A stretch of 54,221 bases of DNA, counting the filler, from Jimgerdemannia flammicorona (Eukaryota), in NCBI GenBank assembly GCA_003990765.1. It is 2 parts of 2 records of this genome, joined end to end, with 100 filler letters (N's around TTAATTAATTAA, not from the genome) between each part and the next. Parts side by side here need not be neighbours in the genome. Positions count along the whole stretch, not along the records: positions 27,165 to 54,221 come from RBNJ01000667.1; 1 more part is not named here. The stretch is one strand, 5' to 3'. Positions 37,899 through 50,086 of the stretch are shown here, piece by piece. A model generated the notes under the pieces. That model was not told the origin of the DNA. It saw only the letters and a list, made by a program, of their open reading frames with translations, and searched no databases. A program made the translations under genes and the position numbers. Within the stretch, counting starts at the first letter, position 1; each line of letters starts with the position of its first letter.

Positions 37899-40800
37899 TG
37901 GCTGATATCTAAACTCCAAATTCTCCATGATAAAGTACAACCTACGAATTCTGTCAATCAATATCAATGGTTTGTAAGATGGAGTAAAGTGACGGTATCT
38001 GTTTTGGTGGTTGAAAGTCCAGGGGTATGATGTGGTGTTTCTTCAAGATATTTAGGCCTATGGTGAGGAGGATTATGGATCATGGAGTAAGAAATGGTTT
38101 GGAGATACTGGGTGGAGTAAGCAAGTTGGTATTTTGGTCAGGGTTGGAAAGGGGGAGTTAGTGGATGTGGAATGTTTTAGTGATTGACTAGTGTGGGGCA
38201 GATTGAAGGGAGGAAAAGGAGATGGACTCTTGGTGGGCTCTGTGTATCTGCCAGTAGTTGGTAGAGAGTGAAAGCAATGGGTGGAGGAGTGGCTGGCTTG
38301 GGAGGATTGGGTAGCCCTAGGGTTAGACATTTTGGGGAGTAATTTTAATATGGTTAGAGACTGTGCACTAGATTGGTCTGATGGTGGGGCTGGTGTAGCA
38401 GTTTCTCCAGGGTTATCTCAGTGGCTTCAGGTGGAAAAGGGTATGAGATTGGTGGATGGTATAAGATTGCAGGCAGGAGATGAGTCAGGACCCTTTACTA
38501 GGTGGCATTCTATAGACAATGAGATGGTTGGCACATGGATTGATTGGATGCTAGTAGCTGAACATTGGGGTAATGTTTTCGATACAGTCAGAGTGTGGTG
38601 GTGTCCTTGGTCAGACCATTGGGGAGTTGAGATGAGTGGACAATTCCAAGCTATTAATGGAGGAGGTGGGCATTGGCATCTTAATGTGGCTCTGCTTCGG
38701 CATCTGGTGGAGTGAGAGCAGTTTGTGCACTTAGCCTGACAGAAAGTGGAGCGGTGGGTGGCTGGTGGTCTATCTATTGCTGATTGGTGGGGTAGATTCA
38801 AACACCTTGCCAGTGCATATTGGAGAGATGCTGGGGAGGTGGTGGGGAAGGAGCATAAGGACAAGGAAAGGAGAGTTGAAAGTGGTCTATGGTGGCGGCT
38901 AAAGTTGTTAGAGGATGGTTCTCTGACAGAAGAGAGGAAGGGTCAACTTGCTAGAGAGGTAGTCGACTTACAGGTGACTTTGAGAGAAGCAGAGAATAGA
39001 GTAGTAGATGGGCTACTGGTATGCCTGAGGACTAAATGACTGGAAGAGGGTGAACGATCAACAAAGTACTTATCTGGTGTCCTGAAGGCAAGAAATGTTT
39101 GATATAGCTGGTCATTGGTCCTGTGAGATGATAGTATTGAGATTACCAGTATGATGGAGATGTTGGAGGAGATTTCAGGACAATGGCAGGCTCTCTGGGG
39201 TGATGATGAGGTGGGAGGGAGGGTTGGAGTAGGGGATATTGCAGAGGCACCTCTTATGCGTAATTGGCCAGTGGTGCCATTACCTGCTATAGGAGCTACA
39301 GTACTAGGCAGAGTGTCTTTGGAGGAGGTATTAGAGGTTCTGCAGAAGGCACCGAGTGGTTCATCACTAGGGGAGGATGGACTCCCTTGGGAGTTTTTGA
39401 AGGAGTTTCAGGTGGAATTTGGAGATTGGTTGGTTAAAATGGTTAATTTTGTGTTGGAGGAGGATCAGTGGATTGGGAATGGAAACTTAGGTCTGGTGTC
39501 CTTGTTGTATAAGGAGAAAGGTGACAAGAGGGAGTGGTGTAATTGGCAGCCAATCATGCTGTTGAATGTCAACAGGAAGCTAGTCTCTAAAATCTTAGCA
39601 GGGTGATTGCAGCAGTGGATTGGAAGACTGGTAGGAGAGGAGCAGAGGGGCTTTGTGAAGGGTTGGCAGATTAGAGACAGTACTGCCTGAGTGCAGAATG
39701 TTTTGGAAGGTTATAGGAGTTGGCAGGTGGATGGGAGGATGGTCTTCTTAGATCAAGAGAAGGCATATGATAGGGTTGGTGGTATTATCTTGAGGCAATC
39801 CTTCAGAAAGTAGGATTTGGTTTTAGAGAAGTTGGAAGATTGATGGGGCTGGTGCAAGGCTGTTGAGGGACAGTGCTGATGAATGAATGGTGCAGTCAGG
39901 AGTTTGCCTTAGGAAGAGGGGTTCTACAAGGAGATCCTCTTTCCCCTCTTCTTTACATTCTTTCACTAGAACTGGTGCTGGCCTGGCTAAGAGGACGGCT
40001 GAATGGATTGCATATGGGTGAGGTAGTATGGAAGCTGGGAGTCTTTGCAGATGACATGGTGGTGGAGCTTGGCAGTGTGGCAGATGTGGACATTTTAAGA
40101 GACGGAATTGAACAGTATGAGGGGTTGGCAGGTGCAAAGCTGAATTGGGAGAAGTGTGAAACCTTAGAGCTCAGTGTGGGTTTAGGGGCAGCAGGGTTTG
40201 GATGAGTGGTGCCTTCAGGGAAGCTGTATGGTATTTAGGGATATGGTTCTCAGTATTTGGGACCATTTTGCTGAAGGAGTGGTGGAGTTCCATGGTTCGG
40301 AAATGGGAAGGTGTGCTGACAGACTGGGCTGGTCGAAACTTTTCTTTGGTGGGAAGAGTGGTGGTCCTGAATATATACTGGCTGCCGAAGCTGTGGTACC
40401 TGGGCTACCACCTAGATTTTCCTGGATGGGTGGTGTGGCATCTTAAAAAGGCTATGGAAGGGTGGCTTTGGAAGGGGAGACGGCCATAGATTGGATGGGA
40501 GGCATTGGTGCTATCAATTGCTGATGGTGGTTTGGGGTTGGTGGACTTTCGGCGAAGGTTGAAGGTGCTTAGGGGCTGGTGGGGTTGCTGATTAGTAGAG
40601 TTAGGAGAGGAGAGCTAGGGCAGATTGGCATTAGACAATTGGGAGATCAGATTCTGCCTCTGGAGTGCAGAGAGGAAGGATATGCGAGGGCTACTTCAGG
40701 TTGAGTCTGTGGGGAGGATGAGGTTCAAAGGGTTCTGGTGGGGCATTGTTGAGGCCTGGCTTATGATGGACCTAACAGGGCCAAAGGTGGAAGCTATAGA

Positions 40801-40978
40801 GGAGGGGGTGGACCCTGAACAGCAGTGGTGGCACCTGGACTTCTCAGGGTAGGAGGGAAGGAGTTGAAGGGCTATTCTCTGGTTAAGGTGATGGAATGGG
40901 CCAGATCCAGCCCTCTCGAGTGGTGGCCAGTTGGTTGGCAGACAGCTGGTATTGGTGAGATGTGGGAATGGGTTAGAA

Positions 40979-41747
40979 TGTAATAGAATGAATGAGCAAA
41001 CAGATGGGATGCAATGAGATGAACGATCATGTAACCTGGCGATGACATCATCATACGATTGAGTATGGCATATAAATAACGAATGGACGAATGATGTGAA
41101 ATGATGCAGAAAACAATATCCAGCTTATCCCTGACAACCAGTGCTGCAGCAACAGTTGCCACAGCTGCTGATCATTGCCTAGTAATTGAGGTCCTGATTA
41201 CAAAGATATTCTTTACCAAAAACTACCTGATAAAGGTTGCGATCACAAACCTCATTATAGTTACCAAATTAGTCACCCATACTTAGTCAGAAATCACAGA
41301 CCAACTTGTATAAATACCCTCCAGTTTTCCATCTGAAATAAAGCAGTTTTAGTTCAGTCCTTGATACAAGAATCAAGTCCTCCCACCCCACACACATTCC
41401 CCTGAGTCTTAGTAATGACATCTAAGTGACTCTAGTGTTTCTGACTAAACTCCAGAAGCCTAGCTAATATAAGCCAGAACTGAGACCAGTATATAAATCC
41501 CCAAAGACTTAAGTAAACCCATTGAACCTGAATTCCAAGGCGAATTCAGTCTGTGCACACCAAAGAACAAGACCCTCGAAATAGGGCATAAGAGAAGGAC
41601 CTTTGAAACAGAAGGCACTGCCGCTACAACTACTTTAAGTGAGCGCTTCCTCAAACTGAAGGCTTCTTGGTACACATTGTGTACTGAGTCCCTAAGTAAT
41701 AGTCTACTTCCCTAATTATCCTAAGGATAGAAGTGAGAGTTATTACA
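40979..41747 (+). repeat. 5' LTR of copy L
   Basis: TGTAAT...ATTACA inverted termini, TATAAATA at ~41309 and AATAAA at ~41337. Confidence 0.97.
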
Positions 41748-41849
41748 ACTTGGTAGCAACAGTTTACCAGCCAAGAAGGCACCAAAGAACACACTCTTGA
41801 AGTTGGAACAAGACCAACCTTGGACAGGAGTAACCCCCAGAAATAACTG

Positions 41850-44800
41850 TGGATTCTCAAACCAGAGCCAGAGAAGCCCTTGCCATTAGGACTAGGTGGT
41901 ACCAGGAAACCACAGACCCAAGGACTCACTAGCTTATAATTGACCAGGCTTACAAGGATCTATACCAGGCCTTTAGGACATACCACCCAGGACTTAGGAA
42001 TATTGTTAGCTGCCATAGGTTCTATGAACTCCTCCGAGGACACATTGGAACCACTAGGACCCCAGAATCTACTGCTGCAGCCACCCAAGATTTTTTAGAT
42101 TATATTATACCCCCTGCTGCAAGAGAAGCAGCTGCCAAGTGGATTGCCTCTGACAGGTATCATCATACACCAACCAAGACCTCCCTCTACTACAGGCTAG
42201 GTGTATACTATACCTCTGCCATAACTAGGTATGAGAATGAGCAAGCAGGCCATCCATCCCCTACTGCTGAACAAGGAGTAGGCCCATCAACCTAGCCAGA
42301 GACTGATATCCTCTTTGAAGGACCTAGTCAGTACAAGGATGCACTATCTCATCAGAGAAGAGAGTCAGACGAAGACTCTACAGGTTACCAGTCTGATGAT
42401 AGCCAATGAGGAACAGCAGGCCTAGGAATTTACCAAGGAATCACAGGTCAAGAAGATCAGACCTCAGAACCAACCCAGCCACCTATACAGAGGTTCAGTT
42501 TACCCTCTCTCATAGGACTCTTTGACTTAATATCCAGGAATCAAGTAACTCCAAGTCATATAGTACCACAACCCCACCAAGTGAAACAATCTTCAGGAGA
42601 ATCTACCCCAACAGGCCCACCACCAATAGTCAGCACAATGGTAGATGTCAACATTGCAGCACTGACCACCCAGCTAGCAGCACTAGCAGGGATAGTAGGA
42701 CAGATTGCTGAACAGAACAAACCAACCAAGACTTTGCAAATCTCAACATTCAGTGGAAAAAACAGTGACATTGAAAACTTCATCAATGCAGTTGATACAG
42801 GCTACCGAGCAAACCAATGGAATGACAACTGAGTACCTATAGGAATGCTCACCAATAACCAGAACAGCACCCTTCAACAGCTGTTTGCCACATCAGCAGT
42901 ACAAGTAGAAACAGTAGCCACATTCTTCACTGGAACAGTAGCCGAATTCTGGCGAACCTTGGAACAACACCCAGTAACCTGGGAAGCCTGCCCTCAAGTT
43001 AATAGACAAGTACCTGGCAACAATAGACCAGGTTGGGATGACTATGAAGCAGGCCCAGGACTCAAGGCCTTACTACCGACCAAATTCCAAAATGCAGCCT
43101 ACATATAAGAAACATAGAACAAACTGTCCCAGATGAAGTTCTACAAATGGCGAAGAGGATCTAGAGATCTTTGCCACCAGAATAGATATCTATCTCAAAA
43201 CTGTGGGACTTACCTATCAGGAAAACAATTTGGCCATCAATGGTACCAGAGCTAACCATCTCTTTGCAGCCCTACCAGACTGGCTCATCCAGAAGATCAA
43301 GGAACAAGGTCTTCCCTAAGGATGTCCCCACTACTCATGGTGCTTTGCCCAAGTACAAAGAAGAGCCTGCGAAATCCTTACTGCACAAGCTCTATGGAAC
43401 CAAGAACACAAGAAGGATAACCAAGATAGGAGAAACCCCACCAGGAGAAATGATCAAAGATATGATCAACAGAATGATCAAAGGAACCAGCGAAACCCCA
43501 GGGGATCCAGACCTCCCACTGAGGATGAAAAGAGGCAGCTCCATGAAAAGGGATTGTGCTTCATCTGTAAGAAGGCAGGACACATCTCATTCAGATGCTC
43601 TGAGAAGAAGAATAGAGCAGGCAAACCTGGTAACCAGAACATTACTGTCATTGGAGAAGACCCAGGAAAGAAGAACCCCAAGAATATCATCAAAGTACAG
43701 AAGATATGGTACAAGGCTACTATCCCCACTAAGGCCCACCCAACTGATGCTGGATATGACCTCTACAGCAGCCAAGACCTCACCATCCCACCAAGTACTA
43801 ATGCTATAGTATGAACAGGAATTGCAATGCAAGCCCCCAGAGGTACATACATCTATCTTGCTGAGTGAAGCAGCCTAGCCAAAGAGTTCAACATTGGGCT
43901 AGGAGGAGGAGTAGTTGACCAAGGATTTACTGGTGAAATCTGTGTCATCTTGCGAAATTTTGGAGACACATCATTTGAAGTCAAAGCAGGCTAAAGAATT
44001 GCCCAAGCAATCATTAAAGAAATCCATCAAGATCTCACCATTGAAGAAGTCCCTGAACTCTCCCAGACAGATCATGGCAAGAAAGGGTTTGGATCTATCA
44101 ACAAACCTCCCAGTCAAAAGGTCACTACTATGAAGGAAGATGATGAAAACTGGTACAAGGGAATTGCAGATGGTTATGCACCATGTGGACGATACCCTCA
44201 TTCTATTCGAATGTACTACATGGAACATGTTTGTGAATGCCATGCATGTCTCTCCAAAGTTTTCAAAATTCAATCTGAGAAGTGCCAAGCTCAACAGACT
44301 GAGGAACCCAAACAAGACAACCCTCCTTGTGAAGGATGGGGAGAAACTGACTTCGAGGAGACTGACAGCAATTGGGACAACAATGAGGATGAAGAGCTCA
44401 ATACCATCAAGAAGGAGGACAGTTGCATCAAGTTCACAGGCCAAGTCCACAGACAAAATGTCAATGTCTTGCTTGATAGTAATGCTACTGGAAACTACAT
44501 CAGCACCAAGACTGCCAAGAGGATTGGAGCCCGAAGCAGACCAACTACTGAGAAAAGAAGTGTTACCTTTGGTGATGGAAAGACTGCACCATTGACCAAG
44601 ATCTGTGAAGACCTTTTGCTCAAGATTGGCAAATATCAAGAAAAGTTGGACTTCAGCATTGTAGACCTCCCAGGACAAGACATTATCTTAGGAAAAGCCT
44701 AGATGACCCAGTACAACCCAGATATCAACTGGAGAACCAATGAGGTTAACCTGACCCATGAAGGCAGAAAAATCACCCTGATACCCCAGGAAGATACCAA

Positions 44801-47800
44801 CCACTAAGAAATCAAAATCATCTCTACCATTCAAATGAAGAGACTCTCTCGAAAAAAGGGAATCACCTACTTTATCTGTATAGTACAAGAAGTCACTGAA
44901 GCTACAAGTAGTCCAATTCCAACAGAAGCTCAAGAACTGTTTGAAGAATTCCAAGATGTATTCCAAGATCCTCAAGAACTTCCACCCAAGTGCTAAATCC
45001 AACATGGAATTGATCTTATTCCAGGATCTGAACCCCCATATAAGAGTATCTATCAACTGGCTCAACCTGAGCTCAAGACCCTCAAGGATAAATTGACCAA
45101 ACTACTGGTCCAAGGATACATTGAACCCAGCCACTCTCCATTTGGAGCCCCCATTCTATTTGTCAAGAAGAAGGATGGCTCTCTGCGAATGTGTATTGAC
45201 TACAGAGCCCTCAACAAGATCACTATCAAGAACTGGTATGCCTTGCCCAGGATTGATGAGTTACTACACCAAATCTTCAAGGCCAAGACCTTTTCTCTAC
45301 TGGATTTGTGAAATAGCTACCACCAGATTCTCATTGATGAGAAGGACATTGAGAAGACAGCTTTCCAAATATGGTTTGGACACTACCAGTTCCGAGTCAT
45401 GCCTTTTGGATTTGCCAATGCACCAGCAACATTCCAGTATCTGATGAATGACATCTTTGGACCACTCCTCAACATCTGTATCCTCATGTATATTGATAAT
45501 ATACTAATCTGCAGCGAGACAGTAGAGCTATACTACACCCATCTCAGACAAGTACTGACCCTCCTGCGAGAACACCAGCTCTATGCCAAGATGAGCAAAT
45601 GCAAGTTCTACCAAGACCAGATTGAATACCCAGGGCACATCATCTTTGCTGAAGGTATCAAAATGGACCCCCGAAAGATATCAGCCCTTAAGGATATCCC
45701 TATCCCTATTACCCTCAAGCTACTCCAGTGCTTTCTGGATATTGCCATTTATTACTGAAGGTTTATCCAAGGATACTCTGCTATTGCAGCTCTATTAACC
45801 AGTCTGGCCTGCAAAGAAGTAAACATCAAAGCTGAATGGACCCCCAAATACACCCTAGCTATGGACCACCTCAAGAGACTCCTTACCAAGGCCCCAGTGC
45901 TAATTGCACCTGACCCTACCAGACCATTCACTCTGATCACAGATGCCTCTGATATTGCTATTGGAGCAGTACTCAGTCAAGAAGACCATCCAGTGGCCTA
46001 CCTCTCCCAAAAGCTCAAGCCAGCTGAGACCCGGTATACTACCCATGAGAAGGAACTCCTGACTATTATCACTGCACTCCAGGAATAGCGCCACTTCCTC
46101 CTAGGACAGCCATTTGTAGCCTATACTGATCACCATGCACTGTGGTATATTCACACACAGCCTATGCTGACCCACAGATAAGCCCACTGGATGGAAATCA
46201 TTGCCAACTTTGATATGGAAATCAAGCATATCCCAGGCAAACCATCCATATGGCTGACGGTTTCTCCAGATACATAGAAGATGAACTTGTCTTCATGGTC
46301 AAAGTAATTGGAGACCTTACCCAAATGATCAAGGATGGCTACCAGCAAGACAGCCCTCTGATGAATTTCCTTCAATTCTGCCAAGACCCAGAGGCCAAGG
46401 TTCCAGAACCCATGAGGCAAATGGCCCAGAGATTCACCTACTATGATGGACTTATCTACAGGGACTATGACAGAGTGGTTATACCCAACAATGATACTCT
46501 GTGACTCAAAATCATGCAGGAACTCCATGATACTCCTGCAGCAGGACACTTTGGTTTTGAAAAGACCTACAACCTCCTCTCAAGAGAGTTCTACTGGCCA
46601 AAGATGACTAAGGATATCAGAGACTTTGTGGCCTCATGCGAGATGTGCCAAAGGTTCAAATGTGGTAACAAGTTACCAGCAGGACTCCTGCAACCCTTGC
46701 CTATCCCGAGTCACAATTGGGACCAGATTGCAATGGACTTCATTGTCCAACTCCCCAAGACCAAGGCAGGATGGGATGCCATCATGGTATTTGTAGACCA
46801 CCTAAGTAAATAAGCCTATTTTGTACCCACCAAGACTACCGCTACAGCACCAGAGATTGCTGAAATTTTCCTCAATCAAGTATTCAGGCTACATGGCATG
46901 CCTAGCACTATTGTATCTGACTGAGACACCAAGTTCACAAGCAACTTCTAGAAGGTATTTTTCTCCCTCCATGGAACCAAGCTGAAGTTCTCTACTACCT
47001 ACCACCCTCAGACTGATGGTCAAACCGAGCGAACAAACAGGACTCTCAAATAGATGCTTAGCATCTTCTGCTGTTACAAGCAAAATGATTGAGACAAGTA
47101 CCTAGTTTATGCTGAGTTTGCCTACAACAACAGTCAGCAAACCTCCACAAAGAAGACTCCATTCTTCCTGAACCATGGTCAACCCCCAAGGACCCCAAGT
47201 ACTACTGTGAAATCAGCTGTCCCAGTAGCCCAAGATCTGACCGAGACCATTTCTGATCTTACCCGAATGACAAGAAATGCTCTCATAGAAGTACAAGACT
47301 ACCAGACCAAGTATGCAAACTTGAAGTAAAGAGAAGCCTCCTACAATATTGGTGACAAGGTCATGCTTAGAACAGACCACCTCCACCCTGATACCCTGGC
47401 ACAACAACCAGCCAAGAAACTCCATGCTAGAAGAATTGGACCATACAAGATCATGGAAAAAATCAGCAAAGTGAACTACAAGTTACAACTTCCCCACAAT
47501 ATCCAAGTACACTCAGTATTCCATATCAGCCAATTGGTGGACTACCATGAGAACCCATTCTCCAAGCATACAGTTCCACCACCACCCCCAATTAGGATCA
47601 ATGATCATGAGAAATTCGAAATTGAGAAAGTACTTGACCACAAGGTCTGCAAATATCCCAAAACAGTCAAGCGCTTTTTCCTGATCAAGTGGAAGGGTTA
47701 CCCCACCCATGATGCCACCTGGGAAAAAGAAGAAGCCCTGAAGAATGCATGCCAAGCCCTCCAGGACTATATGGAAACACTCACCCCCCAGCAAAGGAAG

Positions 47801-47815
47801 GAACTACAGCTCTAA
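41850..47815 (+). pseudogene. gag-pol: gag-pol of copy L: Gag, CCHC, dUTPase, Cys/His module, PR, RT, RH, INT, chromodomain
   Basis: [37 protein letters not shown] and YIDNI; TDAS; GHFG...CEMC; MDFI; HPQTDGQTER; GPY; FEIEKVLDH...IKWKGY...ATWE. Confidence 0.95.
43685..44095 (+). pseudogene. dut: Complete dUTPase domain of copy L (also at ~31615-32030 on the minus strand in copy K)
   Basis: All five motifs: DAGYDL, *SSLA, GVVDQGFTGEI, RIAQ and HGKKGFGS. Confidence 0.93.
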
Positions 47816-48396
47816 GCATGGGAGCACACAGCAAGCAGAAGGGTACTACATATTTTTAACTGGAAACATATAATACCAAACATTGCAGAGAAAAAAGGAA
47901 CACTATGGATAACCAACAAGAAGATACCTGAGCAAAAGAACAATCTAGTACAGTATAGCAAAATGCATTTGAACAACTCCATTTTATACCATCTGTATCA
48001 TCTCTGCTGGATGATGACAGATGCTTCATATAGAACTTAGGAAAGCTGACAATATTGAAACCAGTCTAAGTCCATCCACGTGACAGATATTGTTACTAAT
48101 AATTGCCTCAGATTATAAGAAAGTATATTTCCAAGAGGTTCGAACCTCCAGCCATGACAATGGGAGCTCTCGCCCTAGACAAGGATGGCTAGTCCTCACA
48201 AATGCGTCAACCAGACAAAAAAAAAAATGGACCAAGACCTGTTAACCCTGTATAACCACAATTATAAGTAATGATATCTTTGAAATCAGGATTTTCCTCA
48301 TGCAACCAGTACATGCCCTGCTTACAGCAACAGGTCATGTATTTTGCCAGAAAATGTGATCAAAGGAAGGTCACATCAGATGGGTGAATAAGTACA

Positions 48397-48468
48397 TATA
48401 AATACCCAAGGTAAGAATACCCTGCAACTCTCATCTCCCTCTTCTCACAAAGAAAAGACAAGACAAAA
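48397..48468 (+). promoter_or_regulatory. Putative internal promoter for ORF3
   Basis: TATAAATA at 48397, a CT-rich tract at ~48428-48447, and AAAATGTCT start context. Confidence 0.45.
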
Positions 48469-49296
48469 ATGTCTGCCACCTACCACCAAACTACCCACCA
48501 TAGCCAGCCCCTCCTAAGCCAGGTTAACCACCTCTTTGGACACATCCAGGTTGCTATCCAAGGAAGGAACTGCTGCTCAGAGGCCCTTAACCTCTCCAGC
48601 CAGGACCTAGGACACTATGTCCTCAACTGCTGTAAAGTCATCGAAAGAGCCTACCTTGCCACCAGCCACCTAGAGATCTGGCATAAATACAAGATTGGCC
48701 ATCAACTCCTCCAATGGGCAAATGACCTGCCCATGGACCAAGTCTCTGACTGGACTCACCTAGACAGGCATGAGCAAAGACTTGCCAAGAAGGTCCATCA
48801 AATCATGTGCCATGCACCCTTTGCAATCCCCAACTTCAACTATGTCCAACTGAAGGACTTCCAGAACCTCTCTTTCTTCAAGATTGATGAACTAGAGATC
48901 AAGGTAGCCCAAGAAGCCAACTCCTGGATCACTCCCAAATCTACTAACTGCGAACCCTACTGGAGCCCCCTCCTGAATGACAACCCTAACCAATGACTCC
49001 AAGGCCTCTCTGACCTCTTTAAAGGACCACCTATTCGAATGGATATTCCCAGGCATGAAGATCAAGTGCCCTACTTGGATGGCCCCAACCACATCAAATA
49101 GAGAACCCCTACACCAGTACCTATCCAAATGCAAAAACCATTTGCAGACCTCATTGACTTCTCTATCCTAGACAGCAAACCACCAGTAACCACCCCCCCT
49201 GCCCCTAAAGAAGATGGTAACAACCCTGAGAAGGATTCCCCACCTTTCTCTCCCCTGGTTCTCAATTTCTCAATCAACGAGGACATTGATTTTTAA
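48469..49296 (+). pseudogene. Extra 3' ORF3 of copy L, unknown function
   Basis: 175-aa open part (48469-48996). The frame continues through TGA and TAG to TAA at the PPT. Homologous to ORF3 of element 1. Confidence 0.75.
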
Positions 49297-49307
49297 GGGG
49301 GGAAGGA

Positions 49308-50086
49308 TGTAATAGAATGAATGAGCAAACAGATGGGATATGATGAGATGAACGATCATGTGACCTGGCAATGACGTCATCATATGATCAAGCATGGCAT
49401 ATGAATAATGAACAGATGAATGATGCGAAATGACACAGAAAACGATATCCAGCTTATCCCTAACAACTGGCACTGCAGCAACAGTTGCCACAGCTGCTGA
49501 TCATTGCCTAGTAATTGAGGTCCTGATCACAAAGATATTCTTTACCAAAAACCACTTGACAAAGGTCATGATCACAAACCTCATTATAGTTACAAATTAG
49601 TTACCCATACTTAGTCAGAAATTGCGGACCAACTTGTATAAATATCCCCCAGTTTTCCATCTGAAATAAAGCAGTTTTAGTTCAGTCTTTGATATAAGAA
49701 TCAAGTCCCCCCTCCCCACATACATTCCCCTGAGTCTTAGTAATGACATCTAAGTGACTCTAGTGTTTCTGACTAAACTCCAGAAGCCTAGCTAACACAA
49801 GCCAGAACTGAGACTGGTATATAAATCCCCAAAGACTTAAGTAAACCCATTGAACCTGAATTCCAAGGTGAATTCAGTCTGTGCACACCAAAGAACAAGA
49901 CCCTCGAAATAGGGCACAAGAGAAAGACCTTTGAAACAGAAGGCACTGCTGCTACAACTACTTTAAGTGAGCACTTCCTCAAACTGAAGGCTTCTTGGTA
50001 CATATTGTATACTGAGTCCCTAAGTAATAGTCCACTTCCCTAATTATCCTAAGGATAAAAGAGGGGTAGAAGTGAGAGTTATTATA
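49308..50086 (+). repeat. 3' LTR of copy L
   Basis: Direct repeat of 40979-41747. The terminal CA has become TA. Confidence 0.97.

Larger units (their letters stand above)
40979..50086 (+). mobile_element. Chromodomain Ty3/gypsy copy L, structurally full-length
   Basis: Paired LTRs, TSD TAGAA (40974-40978 and 50087-50091), iMet-like PBS TGGTAGC at 41751, and PPT AAGGGGGGAAGGA at 49295-49307. Confidence 0.97.

Noticed and set aside
6176..46365. Scattered CTGATGA hammerhead-core matches (e.g. ~6177, 9462, 33357, 35672)
   Set aside because: No properly spaced GAAA with flanking helices was seen by eye. An Infernal search would settle it.
48135..48148. GAGGTTCGAACCTC palindrome resembling a tRNA B-box
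   Set aside because: No convincing A-box or cloverleaf on either strand, and the palindrome is imperfect in copy K.
47816..48390. Additional ORF between pol and ORF3
   Set aside because: Stops in the frames examined and indels between copies K and L.
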